Below are positions 37,135-47,136 of a stretch of DNA of 64,000 nucleotides, one piece after another. The DNA comes from Bdellovibrio sp. (GTDB taxonomy: Bacteria; Bdellovibrionota; Bdellovibrionia; Bdellovibrionales; Bdellovibrionaceae). The notes beneath the pieces were generated by a model. That model made no database searches and was not told where the DNA came from. It saw only the letters and a list, made by a program, of their open reading frames with translations. Position 1 is the stretch's first letter, and each line of letters starts with the position of its first letter. The translations under genes were made by a program, and so were the position numbers. Location: the NCBI GenBank assembly GCA_025359945.1, contig JANYDD010000061.1:25151-89150 (forward strand). The letters are read 5' to 3'.

Positions 37135-38136
37135 TTATTTTTTTTTGAAGTCGTACAAGATCAAAAGGTCAGTTTGCTTTTTATCTTTGAATTCGGACGA
37201 ACGGAAAATCTGAAGCCATCCCAATGGACCAAAGGCCTCGGCACCCGCGTACGTGACCACAGGCGGGCTTAGAATTGTCATCCAACCGTAAGGAGGTTTC
37301 ACCACAAAAGGCGTAGACTGGTAGGGTTTCTTAACGATAGGCGCGATCTCGTCGTCTTTCAGAAAACGGTTTAGTTCTAGGGTTCCTCGAATCAAATCGG
37401 AATCTGCGAAATCTTGCAAAGACACGCCAAATTCTAGGCCGATCTTGGCGTCGTCCTTAGCGATTCCCTCAAACCAGATGAGATTCATATTCCCCGCACT
37501 TAATTTTTTTACTTCAGATTGGTGGACCAACTTTGAGAATCGTTTGTCAGCGATTTTTTTAGGTAGGTCAGACAAAATGCCAGCCTTAAAGTCGCCCAGG
37601 TCGATGTACTGATTCAAGGTGATACTTTCTGCCGCGTAAAACTCAACTTGAGATTTAAGGACTTCTAAAAAATAAACTCGAAGCTCGATACTATGACCAT
37701 CAAAGGAATTAGCCGCGGCCGTTTTTACTTTCGCACGCACGTCGGAAGTTTTCTCGGGATTTTTATCTTCTTTTGGTGGCGCCGAGCTTGGATCCACCGC
37801 TGCCGAAATAGCTTTCGAAGCCATTGCAAGTTCGGATGCGGGCCGCCGACCTTCAGAAGAATCACTTTCCTTTTCGTCAGAGCTCGAGGAATAAATCCAT
37901 AAACGACTTCGGCTAAGAGAGCCTGAATCATCAGCGCCCGAGCGGCTTTTCTGCCGAGCCATAAAAATCGACAGCACCACGACGACAAACAAACATGAAG
38001 ACAAAAACAAGGGATGCAGAAAAAAAGCGCGTCCAAATTTATTTTGACGACGTTCAAAACGATCGATGTCTACGCCGCACTTGGCGCAGTATTGATCTTT
38101 GGGTTGTTCAAATCCGCATTTAGGGCAGGCGACCAT
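37135..38136 (-). CDS. Zinc-ribbon membrane protein, hypothetical
   Basis: N-terminal CPKCGFEQPKDQYCAKCG zinc ribbon, one TM helix, a Ser-rich linker, and a C-terminal domain of unknown family. Confidence 0.6.
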   Translation of the reverse strand: MVACPKCGFEQPKDQYCAKCGVDIDRFERRQNKFGRAFFLHPLFLSSCLFVVVVLSIFMARQKSRSGADDSGSLSRSRLWIYSSSSDEKESDSSEGRRPASELAMASKAISAAVDPSSAPPKEDKNPEKTSDVRAKVKTAAANSFDGHSIELRVYFLEVLKSQVEFYAAESITLNQYIDLGDFKAGILSDLPKKIADKRFSKLVHQSEVKKLSAGNMNLIWFEGIAKDDAKIGLEFGVSLQDFADSDLIRGTLELNRFLKDDEIAPIVKKPYQSTPFVVKPPYGWMTILSPPVVTYAGAEAFGPLGWLQIFRSSEFKDKKQTDLLILYDFKKK

Positions 38137-38230
38137 AGGTATAGGTTAGCACAGGCCTTAAAAAGTCCAAACTTTTTGGGTACTTAATTTACTTTTTTTC
38201 TAGAAACTGTGATACTACGACACCCTTCTT

Positions 38231-39226
38231 ATGACTAAAGACCAGATTGAAACCATTTTCCAGGCTCACACGGCGGTGATGCCTGTCGAAGTTCTGAACG
38301 CTAGTTTGCCAGTTTTGCAAAAATCTAGACCTCGTATTTTTGATGGCACCTTCGGCCGCGGCGGGCATTTTCAAATTTTTTTGAATCAAAATCCAAGTGC
38401 GGAGGTGGTTGCTTTCGATCAGGATTTACAAGCGATCACCCAGGCTCAATTTAAATTTGAAAGCCAAATAAAATCTGGTCAGCTGCGATTATTCCATCAA
38501 AATTTTTCAGCCTTTGCTTTGGATGAAGCCCAAAATTTAGGGCCCTTTGATTTGATTTTTATGGATCTAGGCGTCAGTTCCCCCCAGCTGGATACGGCGG
38601 ACCGGGGTTTTAGTTTTTATCAGGATGGACCACTGGATATGCGGATGAACCAGACAGCCGTCCGGAAAGCCAGCGACGTTTTAAATACTTTTTCTGAAGA
38701 AGATCTGATCGAGATTTTTAAAAAGTACGGCGAGAATTATTCACCCTTTCGGGTCGTTTATAAAATTTTGAAATATCGCGAAATCAAACCCTTCGAGCGA
38801 ACCTTAGAGTTTGCTGACCTGGTCGAAAAGACTGACGGTTGGAGAAAAAAGGGATTTCATCCGGCGACCCAATATTTTATGGCACTTCGTCTTTTTGTAA
38901 ATCAAGAACTCCAAAACCTTCAACTAGGTTTGGATCGCTTGATCCCAGCCTTAAGCCCATCTGGACGTTTCGTGGTGCTGACCTTTCATTCCCTTGAGGA
39001 TAGGATAGTAAAGAACGCCTTCAAGTCCTGTCCTGAATGGGGTCAGCCGCTTTTCAAAAAAGTGATGATCCCCACGGACGAAGAGGTTCGGCAAAACCCT
39101 AGGGCAAGAAGCGCGAAACTTCGTGTTTTTGAAAGAGAGATTCCCGTTGAGCCAACTGTTGATTCACCGCCTGCAAAAACCCTTTCGAAGTACGCACAGA
39201 AACTTCAAGCCCGTAGCGAAGATTGA
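38231..39226 (+). CDS. rsmH: 16S rRNA (cytosine1402-N4)-methyltransferase RsmH (MraW)
   Basis: DGTFGRGGH, MDLGVSSPQLD and FHSLEDRIVK motifs. Confidence 0.92.
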   Translation: MTKDQIETIFQAHTAVMPVEVLNASLPVLQKSRPRIFDGTFGRGGHFQIFLNQNPSAEVVAFDQDLQAITQAQFKFESQIKSGQLRLFHQNFSAFALDEAQNLGPFDLIFMDLGVSSPQLDTADRGFSFYQDGPLDMRMNQTAVRKASDVLNTFSEEDLIEIFKKYGENYSPFRVVYKILKYREIKPFERTLEFADLVEKTDGWRKKGFHPATQYFMALRLFVNQELQNLQLGLDRLIPALSPSGRFVVLTFHSLEDRIVKNAFKSCPEWGQPLFKKVMIPTDEEVRQNPRARSAKLRVFEREIPVEPTVDSPPAKTLSKYAQKLQARSED

Positions 39227-39260
39227 CTTCGACCATCTAAAGCCCGTGCTGAGCGTGCTA

Positions 39261-39542
39261 ATGATTTTGTCGACGTTCTTTGTTTTGGTTTTTTTGAAGA
39301 TGGAAGAACGCAGGCTGAGTTATCATTTAGTCAAAATTCAAAGCGAAGAAAAAAAACTTTTAGAAGACAAAAAGGCTAAATCAGTCCGCTTGGCAAAGGC
39401 TCTTCGGCCCCAAAATTTAGAAAAACTAGCGCAGAATAAACTAACTTTTAAAAAATTGGAAAGTCATCAGATTATTTATTTGTCAGGTACGGAATTTGAA
39501 ACTCAAGCAGACATTGACCAGGAATATGTTGTTCAAAAGTGA
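39261..39542 (+). CDS. ftsL: Cell division protein FtsL-like
   Basis: One TM helix plus a coiled coil, and PQNLEKLAQNKLTFKKLESHQIIYL. It lies between rsmH and ftsI. I chose the ATG after the rsmH stop; a GTG at 39246 is also possible. Confidence 0.6.
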   Translation: MILSTFFVLVFLKMEERRLSYHLVKIQSEEKKLLEDKKAKSVRLAKALRPQNLEKLAQNKLTFKKLESHQIIYLSGTEFETQADIDQEYVVQK

Positions 39543-39575
39543 GGGCCATTTTTAAAGGCATACCTTGAGCCCCTA

Positions 39576-41681
39576 TTGAGAAGGAAACTAAAATTGAAAT
39601 CTAGAATTATCATCGTGTTTGTTTTTTTAAGCTCCATTTGGATTTCGCTTTTAGTTCGGGGTTTTGTTTTGCAAATGATCCCATCCGAAAAATTGACGCA
39701 GCTGAAACAGAGGCAGTTTCACACAACGCTGACTTTGAATTCCAAGCGGGGTGCCATCGTCGATCGTCATGGTCGTGATCTGGCCCTTTCTGAAACAGCG
39801 TATTCCTTATTTGGTAATCCCGAAGCAGTCGTTGGCAGAAAAAGTTTAAGCCGGCGATTGGCTAAAGAGCTTTCAATGCCTTTCGATGCGATTGATTCCA
39901 AGTTGTCTCAAGAGGATAAAAAATTTGTTTGGATCGCTCGAATGCTACCAAAATCGAAAATGGAAAAAATTAAAAAATTAAAAATTAAATCGCTGGGCTT
40001 TGTGGAGGAACCCAAGCGAGTTTATCCAAACGATCAACTTTTGGCCCAGGTTTTGGGATTCGTGGGCCGCGATGGCAACGGGCTTGAGGGTTTGGAAAAA
40101 TATTACGATGAAACGCTGACAAAAAATAAAAAGAAAGTGGCCATGCCCCGCGACGCCAAAAATCGGCCGCTTTTTGAAAATGGATTTTACTTTTTAGAAT
40201 CGCCCGAAGGTTTTGAAATGAAACTGACCGTTGATTCCGATATTCAGCACCGCTTAGAGGCAGAACTTTCGCAAGTTTTCAAAGATACTCAGTCCGAGCA
40301 GGTTCAAGGCGTGATCTTAGATGCGCGCACTTCGGCGGTGGTGGCGATGGCGTCGTACCCTTATTTTAATCCCAATTCGATTTCCGAATCCGATGCATAT
40401 CAAAGAAAAAATCGTGTGGTAACTGACGTATTTGAACCCGGAAGTACGTTAAAAACTTTTGCCCTGGCCTCGGCACTTCGAGAAGGGCTGATCACTCCGA
40501 ATAAAAAATATAACACCGAAAACGGCAGCCTAAAAATCGGCGACCGTGTGATTCGCGAGGCCGAACTGGATCATAAATGGAAAGAACTTTCCGTCGGAGA
40601 AATTTTGGCTTTTTCATCAAATATCGGGACCACCAAAATTGCTTTTGAGCTGGGCGGCGAAAAATTGCGGCAGGGCCTTTTAGATTTTGGGTTTGGTTCC
40701 AAAGCCGGAATTGATTTGCCTGGCGAAGCCAAAGGCGCAGTTCAACCCTTGCCATGGATGCCACATTTGCTAAGTAATATTTCCTTTGGGCAGGGAATTT
40801 CGGTGACTGCTTTGCAAATGGCCAATGCTTACGCGGCAATTGCCAACGGCGGAATTCTTCGCAAACCGTATTTGGTGCACAGCTTGCGTGACCCTGATTC
40901 AGGTGTAGAAAAAATTCAGGCGCCCCAGGAAATTCGTCGTGTGCTGAGTGAAAAAGAATCCGCCGATATGCGCTTGATGTTGATGGGGGTCACTGCCCCG
41001 GGCGGAACTGGCGTCAACGCAAAAGTGGATGGTTTTTTAGTGGCTGGCAAAACGGGAACCGCGCAAAAACCAAATCCCAAGGGCCGCGGTTATTTGCCCC
41101 ATGCTTACATTTCAAGTTTTGCGGGATTTATTCCTGCGAATGATCCCAAGTACGTAATTTTTGTGATGGTGGATTACCCCAAAAATAAAAGTTATTACGG
41201 TTCTGTGTTGGCGGCGCCGCTATTTTCGAAGTTGGCGTACTTTGTGGCCCGTAAGTCGGGCTTGCCACCGGTGCTTTTGTCCGAGCGAAATTTGTTACCT
41301 CGAGAACTAAAAGATTTAAATCAGAGGCAATTTCTGACCTCCTCGAAAAACCAAAAGAAAGAATCGATTGGTTCGGTTTCGAAGATGGCCAAAGGGGCTC
41401 CGGCGGCGGCAAAATATCAAACTTCAGAAATGAATTTGGAAGTTCTTTCCTCAGCAAAGGCTTCAACGACTAGCCCTGGTGTGCCCTTGGCGCCCCTGAT
41501 TCCAACAACTAGCGACCTAGCTCCTCCGCTGGTGAAGCTGACTTTGCGAGAGGTAACAGAAAAATCTCAAGCCGAAAAAATCCAACTTAAAGTTCACGGA
41601 TCCGGCGTGGTCACCAAGCAAATCCCAGAACCCGGCTACCTGCTAGAAAAAAACCGCCAAGTCGAAGTTTTTTTAGAGTAA
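39576..41681 (+). CDS. ftsI: Peptidoglycan D,D-transpeptidase FtsI (class B PBP) with a C-terminal PASTA-like domain
   Basis: SxxK (GSTLKTF), SSN (AFSSNIG) and KTGT (AGKTGTAQ). A long low-complexity linker is followed by LKVHGSGVVTKQIPEPGYLLEKNRQVEVFL. Confidence 0.88.
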   Translation: MRRKLKLKSRIIIVFVFLSSIWISLLVRGFVLQMIPSEKLTQLKQRQFHTTLTLNSKRGAIVDRHGRDLALSETAYSLFGNPEAVVGRKSLSRRLAKELSMPFDAIDSKLSQEDKKFVWIARMLPKSKMEKIKKLKIKSLGFVEEPKRVYPNDQLLAQVLGFVGRDGNGLEGLEKYYDETLTKNKKKVAMPRDAKNRPLFENGFYFLESPEGFEMKLTVDSDIQHRLEAELSQVFKDTQSEQVQGVILDARTSAVVAMASYPYFNPNSISESDAYQRKNRVVTDVFEPGSTLKTFALASALREGLITPNKKYNTENGSLKIGDRVIREAELDHKWKELSVGEILAFSSNIGTTKIAFELGGEKLRQGLLDFGFGSKAGIDLPGEAKGAVQPLPWMPHLLSNISFGQGISVTALQMANAYAAIANGGILRKPYLVHSLRDPDSGVEKIQAPQEIRRVLSEKESADMRLMLMGVTAPGGTGVNAKVDGFLVAGKTGTAQKPNPKGRGYLPHAYISSFAGFIPANDPKYVIFVMVDYPKNKSYYGSVLAAPLFSKLAYFVARKSGLPPVLLSERNLLPRELKDLNQRQFLTSSKNQKKESIGSVSKMAKGAPAAAKYQTSEMNLEVLSSAKASTTSPGVPLAPLIPTTSDLAPPLVKLTLREVTEKSQAEKIQLKVHGSGVVTKQIPEPGYLLEKNRQVEVFLE

Positions 41682-41686
41682 GTCGA

Positions 41687-41760
41687 AAATGTACCGCATC
41701 CCTTTTTACGTAACGTTGTGTTTAACAAGTCGCTACGTAAAAAGGGATGCGGTACATTTT
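41687..41760. terminator. Long near-perfect hairpin; likely bidirectional terminator between convergent ftsI and the esterase gene
   Basis: AAAATGTACCGCATCCTTTTTACGTA ... TACGTAAAAAGGGATGCGGTACATTTT gives arms of ~26/27 nt with one bulge and a 21-nt loop. T/A runs lie on both sides. It starts 6 nt after the ftsI stop. Confidence 0.7.
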
Positions 41761-41779
41761 GGTTGGTACATTTTGGTTT

Positions 41780-42496
41780 CTACAGGACGTTTTTTAAATA
41801 CTGTTGGGCTTGTTTGATCACTGATGGTGGGATTTCGTGATTGCCGCGGAATTCGTACCAGCTGCCGTTCATTCCGGCTTTTTCTAGCAGGTCGTGCAAG
41901 GCGCGCGCCCCGGCGATAGGAAGAACCGCGTCTTGGTCGCCGTGGCTTATAAAGTAAGATGAATTTTTCTTTTTTGCAGCAAGTGCGGACCACTGGTCTT
42001 TTTGGATCAGGCTTCCGGATAAAAGCATTAGACCTTTGAAAGTTTTTTCAGAATTTAAAAAAAGATCGCAAGCCAGCATGGCGCCCTGGCTAAATCCACC
42101 CAAGACAGTTTTTTCGGGGTCTAATTTAAGTTCATCCAAAAAAGCAAAAAGTTTTTTTCTTAAAGATTCGATACCGTCGGGTTTTCGCGAATAAATGATT
42201 TCATGGTTTCCGGTTTGCACGACTTTTTCGTAAGCTTTGACGTCGATGGGCCACCAAGCTCGGCCCGTCCAACCGGGTCCGATGGGCACAGAAAGTGGCC
42301 CTTGCGGAAATAAAAATTGTAAGCCCGGTGACCCGCTGAAAGCGTCAGAGAGAGTTTGCAAATCAAACGCGTCGGCGCCAAATCCATGAAACAAAACTAA
42401 GTGGTTTCTGGCCGCCGCTTTTGCGGAGACCTCGATATAATTAAAGCCTAAAAGATTTTTCATAAATTCCGCCATTGTTTTGAATTTCAATTCCAC
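41780..42496 (-). CDS. Phospholipase/carboxylesterase-family alpha/beta hydrolase
   Basis: HGFGADAFDL, nucleophile elbow GGFSQGAML, and HGDQDAVLP. Confidence 0.8.
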   Translation of the reverse strand: MELKFKTMAEFMKNLLGFNYIEVSAKAAARNHLVLFHGFGADAFDLQTLSDAFSGSPGLQFLFPQGPLSVPIGPGWTGRAWWPIDVKAYEKVVQTGNHEIIYSRKPDGIESLRKKLFAFLDELKLDPEKTVLGGFSQGAMLACDLFLNSEKTFKGLMLLSGSLIQKDQWSALAAKKKNSSYFISHGDQDAVLPIAGARALHDLLEKAGMNGSWYEFRGNHEIPPSVIKQAQQYLKNVL

Positions 42497-42877
42497 TTCG
42501 CTAACACACGAAAATAGACCTTACAAATACTAAACTGAGTTAAAATTTTTCTTAGATTTTAAAAAAAACCGGCAATGGAATTTATGAGGTTAAGCCCAAT
42601 GTTCAGATAAAAATATGCCCGATCTATTGGTCTGGTTAATCACGGTCGTCCAAATTTAGAGGAATCACTTGTGATACTTTCGCACGCTTGGAGATAATCC
42701 TCAAGATGGAAAACTATCTTGACGGTCTTTGGTTTACAACCGAACTTAGAAAGCCTGAGCAGTCACCGGAAATGTTTTCGAACTTAAGATGTCCTTATCG
42801 TAGCAAATTGAGGAGCGAATTTCGCAAAAAAATATTAAAAAATAGTTTCGCTCATAAGTATTGAGTTTGGTTTAGAA

Positions 42878-42960
42878 GTTGGGTGTTAAAGTTGGGTTGT
42901 TAAAATTGACACTGAAAGTTGACACTGAAAATTGTTTATGAAAATAGCCTATGAAAATTA
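42878..42960 (+). repeat. Three consecutive short tandem duplications immediately upstream of, and overlapping, the murE start
   Basis: GTTGGGTGTTAAA / GTTGGGTTGTTAAAA, then TTGACACTGAAA (42906..42917) / TTGACACTGAAA (42919..42930), then TATGAAAAT / TATGAAAAT. The last copy contains the murE ATG. Confidence 0.75.
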
Positions 42961-44612
42961 AAGATTTGCTTTCGGCCTTGCCCGAGTTTTATCAATTTCT
43001 TCCTAAGCCACCCAGGCTTAGTCTTTCCAACGATCTTTCTAACAAACTCTTTTCAAAATCGCCGCAGACCAGAGATTTGATGAAGTTTTTTGTCCCCGAA
43101 AACAAAGTTTCAGATCGAATTAATTGGTCGTTTCGAAAAAAACTATGGACTCTGGACGAGCTTAACCAAGACGTTCAGCAAGTTCGCAGAAATTCCGCGC
43201 AAGTTTCTGAAGGCGATATCTTTGTTGCTATCCACGGCCTTCGCCACGACGGGCATTCTGATATCCAGAACGTAGTTGATCGAAAGCCAGCCGCGATTGT
43301 TTACCAACATGAGGTTGCTGCATTAAAAAACTTTTCTGGAATTAAACTTAAAGTCCCTGACACTCAAAAAGCTTTTGCTCTGCTGCACGCACGCCAGCAA
43401 GGCGATCCAAGTCTAAAGATGTGGACATTGGGCGTGACCGGAACCAACGGCAAAACCACGTGCACCTATTTGGCAGAGCATCTGTTAAATTCTGTAGGTA
43501 TTACGTGCGGAGTTTTGGGAACCATCGATCACCATTTGCAAAATTCAGTTTGGGAAACTCACATGACCACCCCAGATGCGGATATTCTGCAGCAGCGCTT
43601 GGCGGAAATGAAAAATTTTGGCGCCAAATCCGCTGCGCTGGAAGTTTCAAGCCACGCGCTAAAACAAAAACGGATCAGCGGCATTCATTTCAACACAGTT
43701 TTATTTACCAATTTGACCCGCGATCATTTGGATTATCACCCATCCATGTCCGACTACTTTCATAGCAAAGAACTTCTAACAACAGAATCCATTTGGGAGT
43801 CCAAAAAATTTCCGCTGTTTGCGATAGTCAATCGAGACGATTTTTACGGTCGAAGGCTAAAAATTTCTAGTCGCGCTTACGTATGGACTTACGGCACTGA
43901 TCCAAAAGCTGATTTTTATTACCAGATCAAAGAATCCGATCTAACGGGTTCGCATTTTGAATTAAGAACTCCGTTTGGGTTTGAAAAGGATCTTTCTTTA
44001 GAAATGGTCGGTTCGCATAATGTCAGCAATGCCGTGGGAGTGATCGCTTGTTTGACAACTTTGGGATTGGATTTAAAAATTTTAAAAGATCGGTTGCTTC
44101 GATTTCCTGGCGTGCCTGGGCGATTGCAAATTGTTCCCAATAACAAAGGACTTTTTGTTTTTATCGATTACGCGCATACCCCCGATGGCTTGGATTGTGT
44201 TTTATCGGCACTCAAAAAAAATAAGCCCGCATCGTCGTCTTTGCGAGTTGTCTTTGGTTGCGGCGGTGACCGCGATCATGGCAAACGCCCACTGATGGCC
44301 CAGAGCGCGCAGAAATGGGCAGATTATATTTTGGTCACATCGGATAATCCGCGATCCGAAGACCCACAAAAAATTATTTTAGAAATTCAGAGGGGCTTTG
44401 ATTTAGCGAAAGAAAAGACTTCATTCCAGGTTGACCGCTTCAATGCGATTCAAAAAATTCTTCTGGAAGCCAAATCTGGTGATACCATTTTAATTGCCGG
44501 AAAAGGGCACGAGGCTTTTCAGCAAATTGGCTGTGAAAAGTTTCCTTTCTCTGATTTTCAAGTCGCAAAAAGTATTTTGGACGGAAAGGATTTAACCCCA
44601 TGCGAGCTTTAA
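42951..44612 (+). CDS. murE: UDP-MurNAc-L-Ala-D-Glu:meso-diaminopimelate ligase MurE
   Basis: GVTGTNGKTT P-loop and the DAP-specific DNPRSEDP. The N-terminus is ~50 aa longer than usual, so the start is uncertain (alternative Met at 43080). Confidence 0.9.
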   Translation: MKIKDLLSALPEFYQFLPKPPRLSLSNDLSNKLFSKSPQTRDLMKFFVPENKVSDRINWSFRKKLWTLDELNQDVQQVRRNSAQVSEGDIFVAIHGLRHDGHSDIQNVVDRKPAAIVYQHEVAALKNFSGIKLKVPDTQKAFALLHARQQGDPSLKMWTLGVTGTNGKTTCTYLAEHLLNSVGITCGVLGTIDHHLQNSVWETHMTTPDADILQQRLAEMKNFGAKSAALEVSSHALKQKRISGIHFNTVLFTNLTRDHLDYHPSMSDYFHSKELLTTESIWESKKFPLFAIVNRDDFYGRRLKISSRAYVWTYGTDPKADFYYQIKESDLTGSHFELRTPFGFEKDLSLEMVGSHNVSNAVGVIACLTTLGLDLKILKDRLLRFPGVPGRLQIVPNNKGLFVFIDYAHTPDGLDCVLSALKKNKPASSSLRVVFGCGGDRDHGKRPLMAQSAQKWADYILVTSDNPRSEDPQKIILEIQRGFDLAKEKTSFQVDRFNAIQKILLEAKSGDTILIAGKGHEAFQQIGCEKFPFSDFQVAKSILDGKDLTPCEL

Positions 44613-46060
44613 ATCTGGAACAACTTCTTTCTGCGTTGCCGGCAGAGTTGAAAGTGAAAGTGCTATCAACTTTAAAAACGGATTTTACTGAAATTGCTAC
44701 GGACTCACGCAAAAAAATAAGTGGAAGTTTATTTGTGGCTTTGAAAGGTGAAAATTTCGATGCTCATCAGTTCTTGCAGCAGGCCGTGGATCAAGGTGCA
44801 GCGGCACTTTTGGTTCATCAAGCTCCGCCCGAATTGCTGCACAAAAAAGTCACGGTGATTCAGGTCTCGGATACGTTGCAGGCGTTGCAAATGATGGCCA
44901 CGCACTTTCGCCGCAAATCAAAAGCCATTTATGTGGGTCTGACCGGGTCCAACGGAAAGACCACCAGCAAAGAATTCTCGGCCGAAGTTTTAAAGGTCGC
45001 CAAAAAAACCTACTTCAACCCCGGAAGTTTTAACAATCATTGGGGTGTACCGATGAGCTTGTTATCGGTACCGGCAAATACCGAAGTGGCCTTGATCGAA
45101 ATGGGGATGAATCACGCTTTCGAAATCGAAAAACTTTGTCAGATTGCGCAACCAGACGTGGTGGTTTGTACGATGGTTGGAACAGCTCACATCGAAAACT
45201 TTGGGAGCCAAGAAAAAATCGCCGCCGCCAAGGAAGAAATTTATGAAAGCGTATCACCATCTGCAAAAAGAATTTTTAATTTAGACAATCCTTGGACCAT
45301 AAAAATGTACGAGAGAGCGTTAAAAAAATATCCGACGCAAGCACTGTTCACTTTTTCAGAGCAGCAAAAATCCGCCGATGTCAGTTTTCAAATTTTAAAA
45401 ATGGATCGCGAAAAATTATCCATCAAAGGCCACATAAGGAATTCTGAAAATAAAATTGAACTAGAAGTTTTTGGAACGCAAAATTTGACCAATTTGATGG
45501 TCGCAGCCAGCGTAGGCCTGGCCTGTGGGCTTAACCCTGATACTATTTGGCTGGGGTTGTTGGGATGTAAAACAATTTGGGGGCGCAATCAGTTTCTACC
45601 TATTCCAGGCGCAGGCGAAATTCTCTTTGATGGATATAACGCCAATCCCGATAGCTTTAAAGCTCTGTTGGACAACCTGCAGTTTTTAGATCTTTCCATT
45701 CCGAAATTCGCAGTCTTTGCGCAAATGCTCGAGCTTGGAAATCAGTCTGAAAAATTCCACTTCGAGCTGGGTGTTCAGTGCGGAAAAGTTCCGTTCGAGG
45801 GAATTTATTTTTACGGACCGGATAGTTCGGCTTTTGAGAAAGGCGTGAAGTCCTCGAGGAGTTTTCAGGGTTCCGAAAAAACATTAATTGTTTCAGATAC
45901 TTATAAAGAAGATCTTGCACTCCAGGCCATCCCTGTGTTACGAAACTTAAGTTATCAGAAAAATTTTATCATCGCCGTGAAAGGTTCTCGAGGGATGAAA
46001 CTAGAAAAATTTGTCGCTAGTCTTTTGGGACCTGAATTTTCCTTGGATAAAAAACAGTGA
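44600..46060 (+). CDS. murF: UDP-MurNAc-tripeptide:D-Ala-D-Ala ligase MurF
   Basis: [14 protein letters not shown]-loop and Mur ligase architecture. It overlaps the murE end. Confidence 0.9.
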   Translation: MRALNLEQLLSALPAELKVKVLSTLKTDFTEIATDSRKKISGSLFVALKGENFDAHQFLQQAVDQGAAALLVHQAPPELLHKKVTVIQVSDTLQALQMMATHFRRKSKAIYVGLTGSNGKTTSKEFSAEVLKVAKKTYFNPGSFNNHWGVPMSLLSVPANTEVALIEMGMNHAFEIEKLCQIAQPDVVVCTMVGTAHIENFGSQEKIAAAKEEIYESVSPSAKRIFNLDNPWTIKMYERALKKYPTQALFTFSEQQKSADVSFQILKMDREKLSIKGHIRNSENKIELEVFGTQNLTNLMVAASVGLACGLNPDTIWLGLLGCKTIWGRNQFLPIPGAGEILFDGYNANPDSFKALLDNLQFLDLSIPKFAVFAQMLELGNQSEKFHFELGVQCGKVPFEGIYFYGPDSSAFEKGVKSSRSFQGSEKTLIVSDTYKEDLALQAIPVLRNLSYQKNFIIAVKGSRGMKLEKFVASLLGPEFSLDKKQ

Positions 46061-47133
46061 TTTACCAACTGCTTTATTCACTGTCCGATCAGTACTCGCC
46101 GTTTAATATTTTTCGCTACGTCACCGTACGAACTTTTATTTCTTTTTTTACAAGTTTTATTTTGTGTTGGTTGTGGGGCCCTTATTTTATCCGCAGGCTT
46201 CGCGAAAACCAAATCAGTCAAAATATTCGAAGCGATGGTCCTCAATCTCATCTTAAAAAATCAGGAACTCCGACAATGGGCGGGGGTTTAATATTAGTCA
46301 GCACTTTGATTCCGTGTTTGCTTTGGGTCGATATGTTTTCTCCATTAGTTTGGGGTGTTCTTTTAATCACTTGGGGATTTGGCGCCATCGGTTACTTTGA
46401 CGACTGGTTAAAGGTTTCAAAGAAAAACTCCAAAGGACTTAGCGGAAAATTGCGATTGATGTGCGAATTTTTACTTTCGGGAATTGTGATTTACATTCTG
46501 GTTTCTTTTTTCAACTTATCGACCCTGGTTCATTTTCCGTTTCTTAAAAAGTTCACTTTAGACTTGGGCTATTTTTATGTGGTCTTTGGGGCGTTGGTCA
46601 CTGTGGGAACTGCAAACGCAGTAAATTTGACAGACGGTCTTGATGGTTTGGCCATTGTTCCAGTGATGATTGTCGCTGCGACCTTAGGATTATTTGCTTA
46701 TTTTGCTGGGCACTTGGGAATCGCTGGTTATTTGGGAATTCCGCATGTGGCCGGGGCGGGAGAGCTAACTCCGTTAGCTGCGGCAATTGTTGCCGCGGGC
46801 TTGGGATTTCTTTGGTACAATACTTACCCTGCGCAAGTTTTTATGGGTGATGTGGGCAGTTTGTCTTTGGGCGGATTTTTAGGAGCTATGGCGGTGATCA
46901 CTCGAAACGAACTTTTAATGGTGTTGTTGGGTGGCGTTTTCGTGATCGAAGCTCTAAGCGTGATCACTCAAGTGATCTCGTTTAAGCTGACCGGAAAACG
47001 GATTTTTAAGATGGCGCCCATTCACCATCATTTTGAACTTAAAGGTCTTACAGAAACTAAAATTATTGTGCGGTTTTGGATTATTTCCCTACTGTTAGCT
47101 GTATTAAGTCTAAGTACTTTAAAATTGAGGTGA
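46057..47133 (+). CDS. mraY: Phospho-N-acetylmuramoyl-pentapeptide transferase MraY
   Basis: [29 protein letters not shown] and APIHHHFE motifs. Confidence 0.95.
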   Translation: MIYQLLYSLSDQYSPFNIFRYVTVRTFISFFTSFILCWLWGPYFIRRLRENQISQNIRSDGPQSHLKKSGTPTMGGGLILVSTLIPCLLWVDMFSPLVWGVLLITWGFGAIGYFDDWLKVSKKNSKGLSGKLRLMCEFLLSGIVIYILVSFFNLSTLVHFPFLKKFTLDLGYFYVVFGALVTVGTANAVNLTDGLDGLAIVPVMIVAATLGLFAYFAGHLGIAGYLGIPHVAGAGELTPLAAAIVAAGLGFLWYNTYPAQVFMGDVGSLSLGGFLGAMAVITRNELLMVLLGGVFVIEALSVITQVISFKLTGKRIFKMAPIHHHFELKGLTETKIIVRFWIISLLLAVLSLSTLKLR

Positions 47134-47136
47134 TCG

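Noticed and set aside
42878-42905. GTTGGGT direct repeats upstream of murE, considered as MraZ operator boxes.
   Set aside because: MraZ boxes are known as TGGG-type direct repeats upstream of mraZ itself. No mraZ gene occurs in this window, the spacing differs, and there are only two copies. The idea is noted only as something to test.
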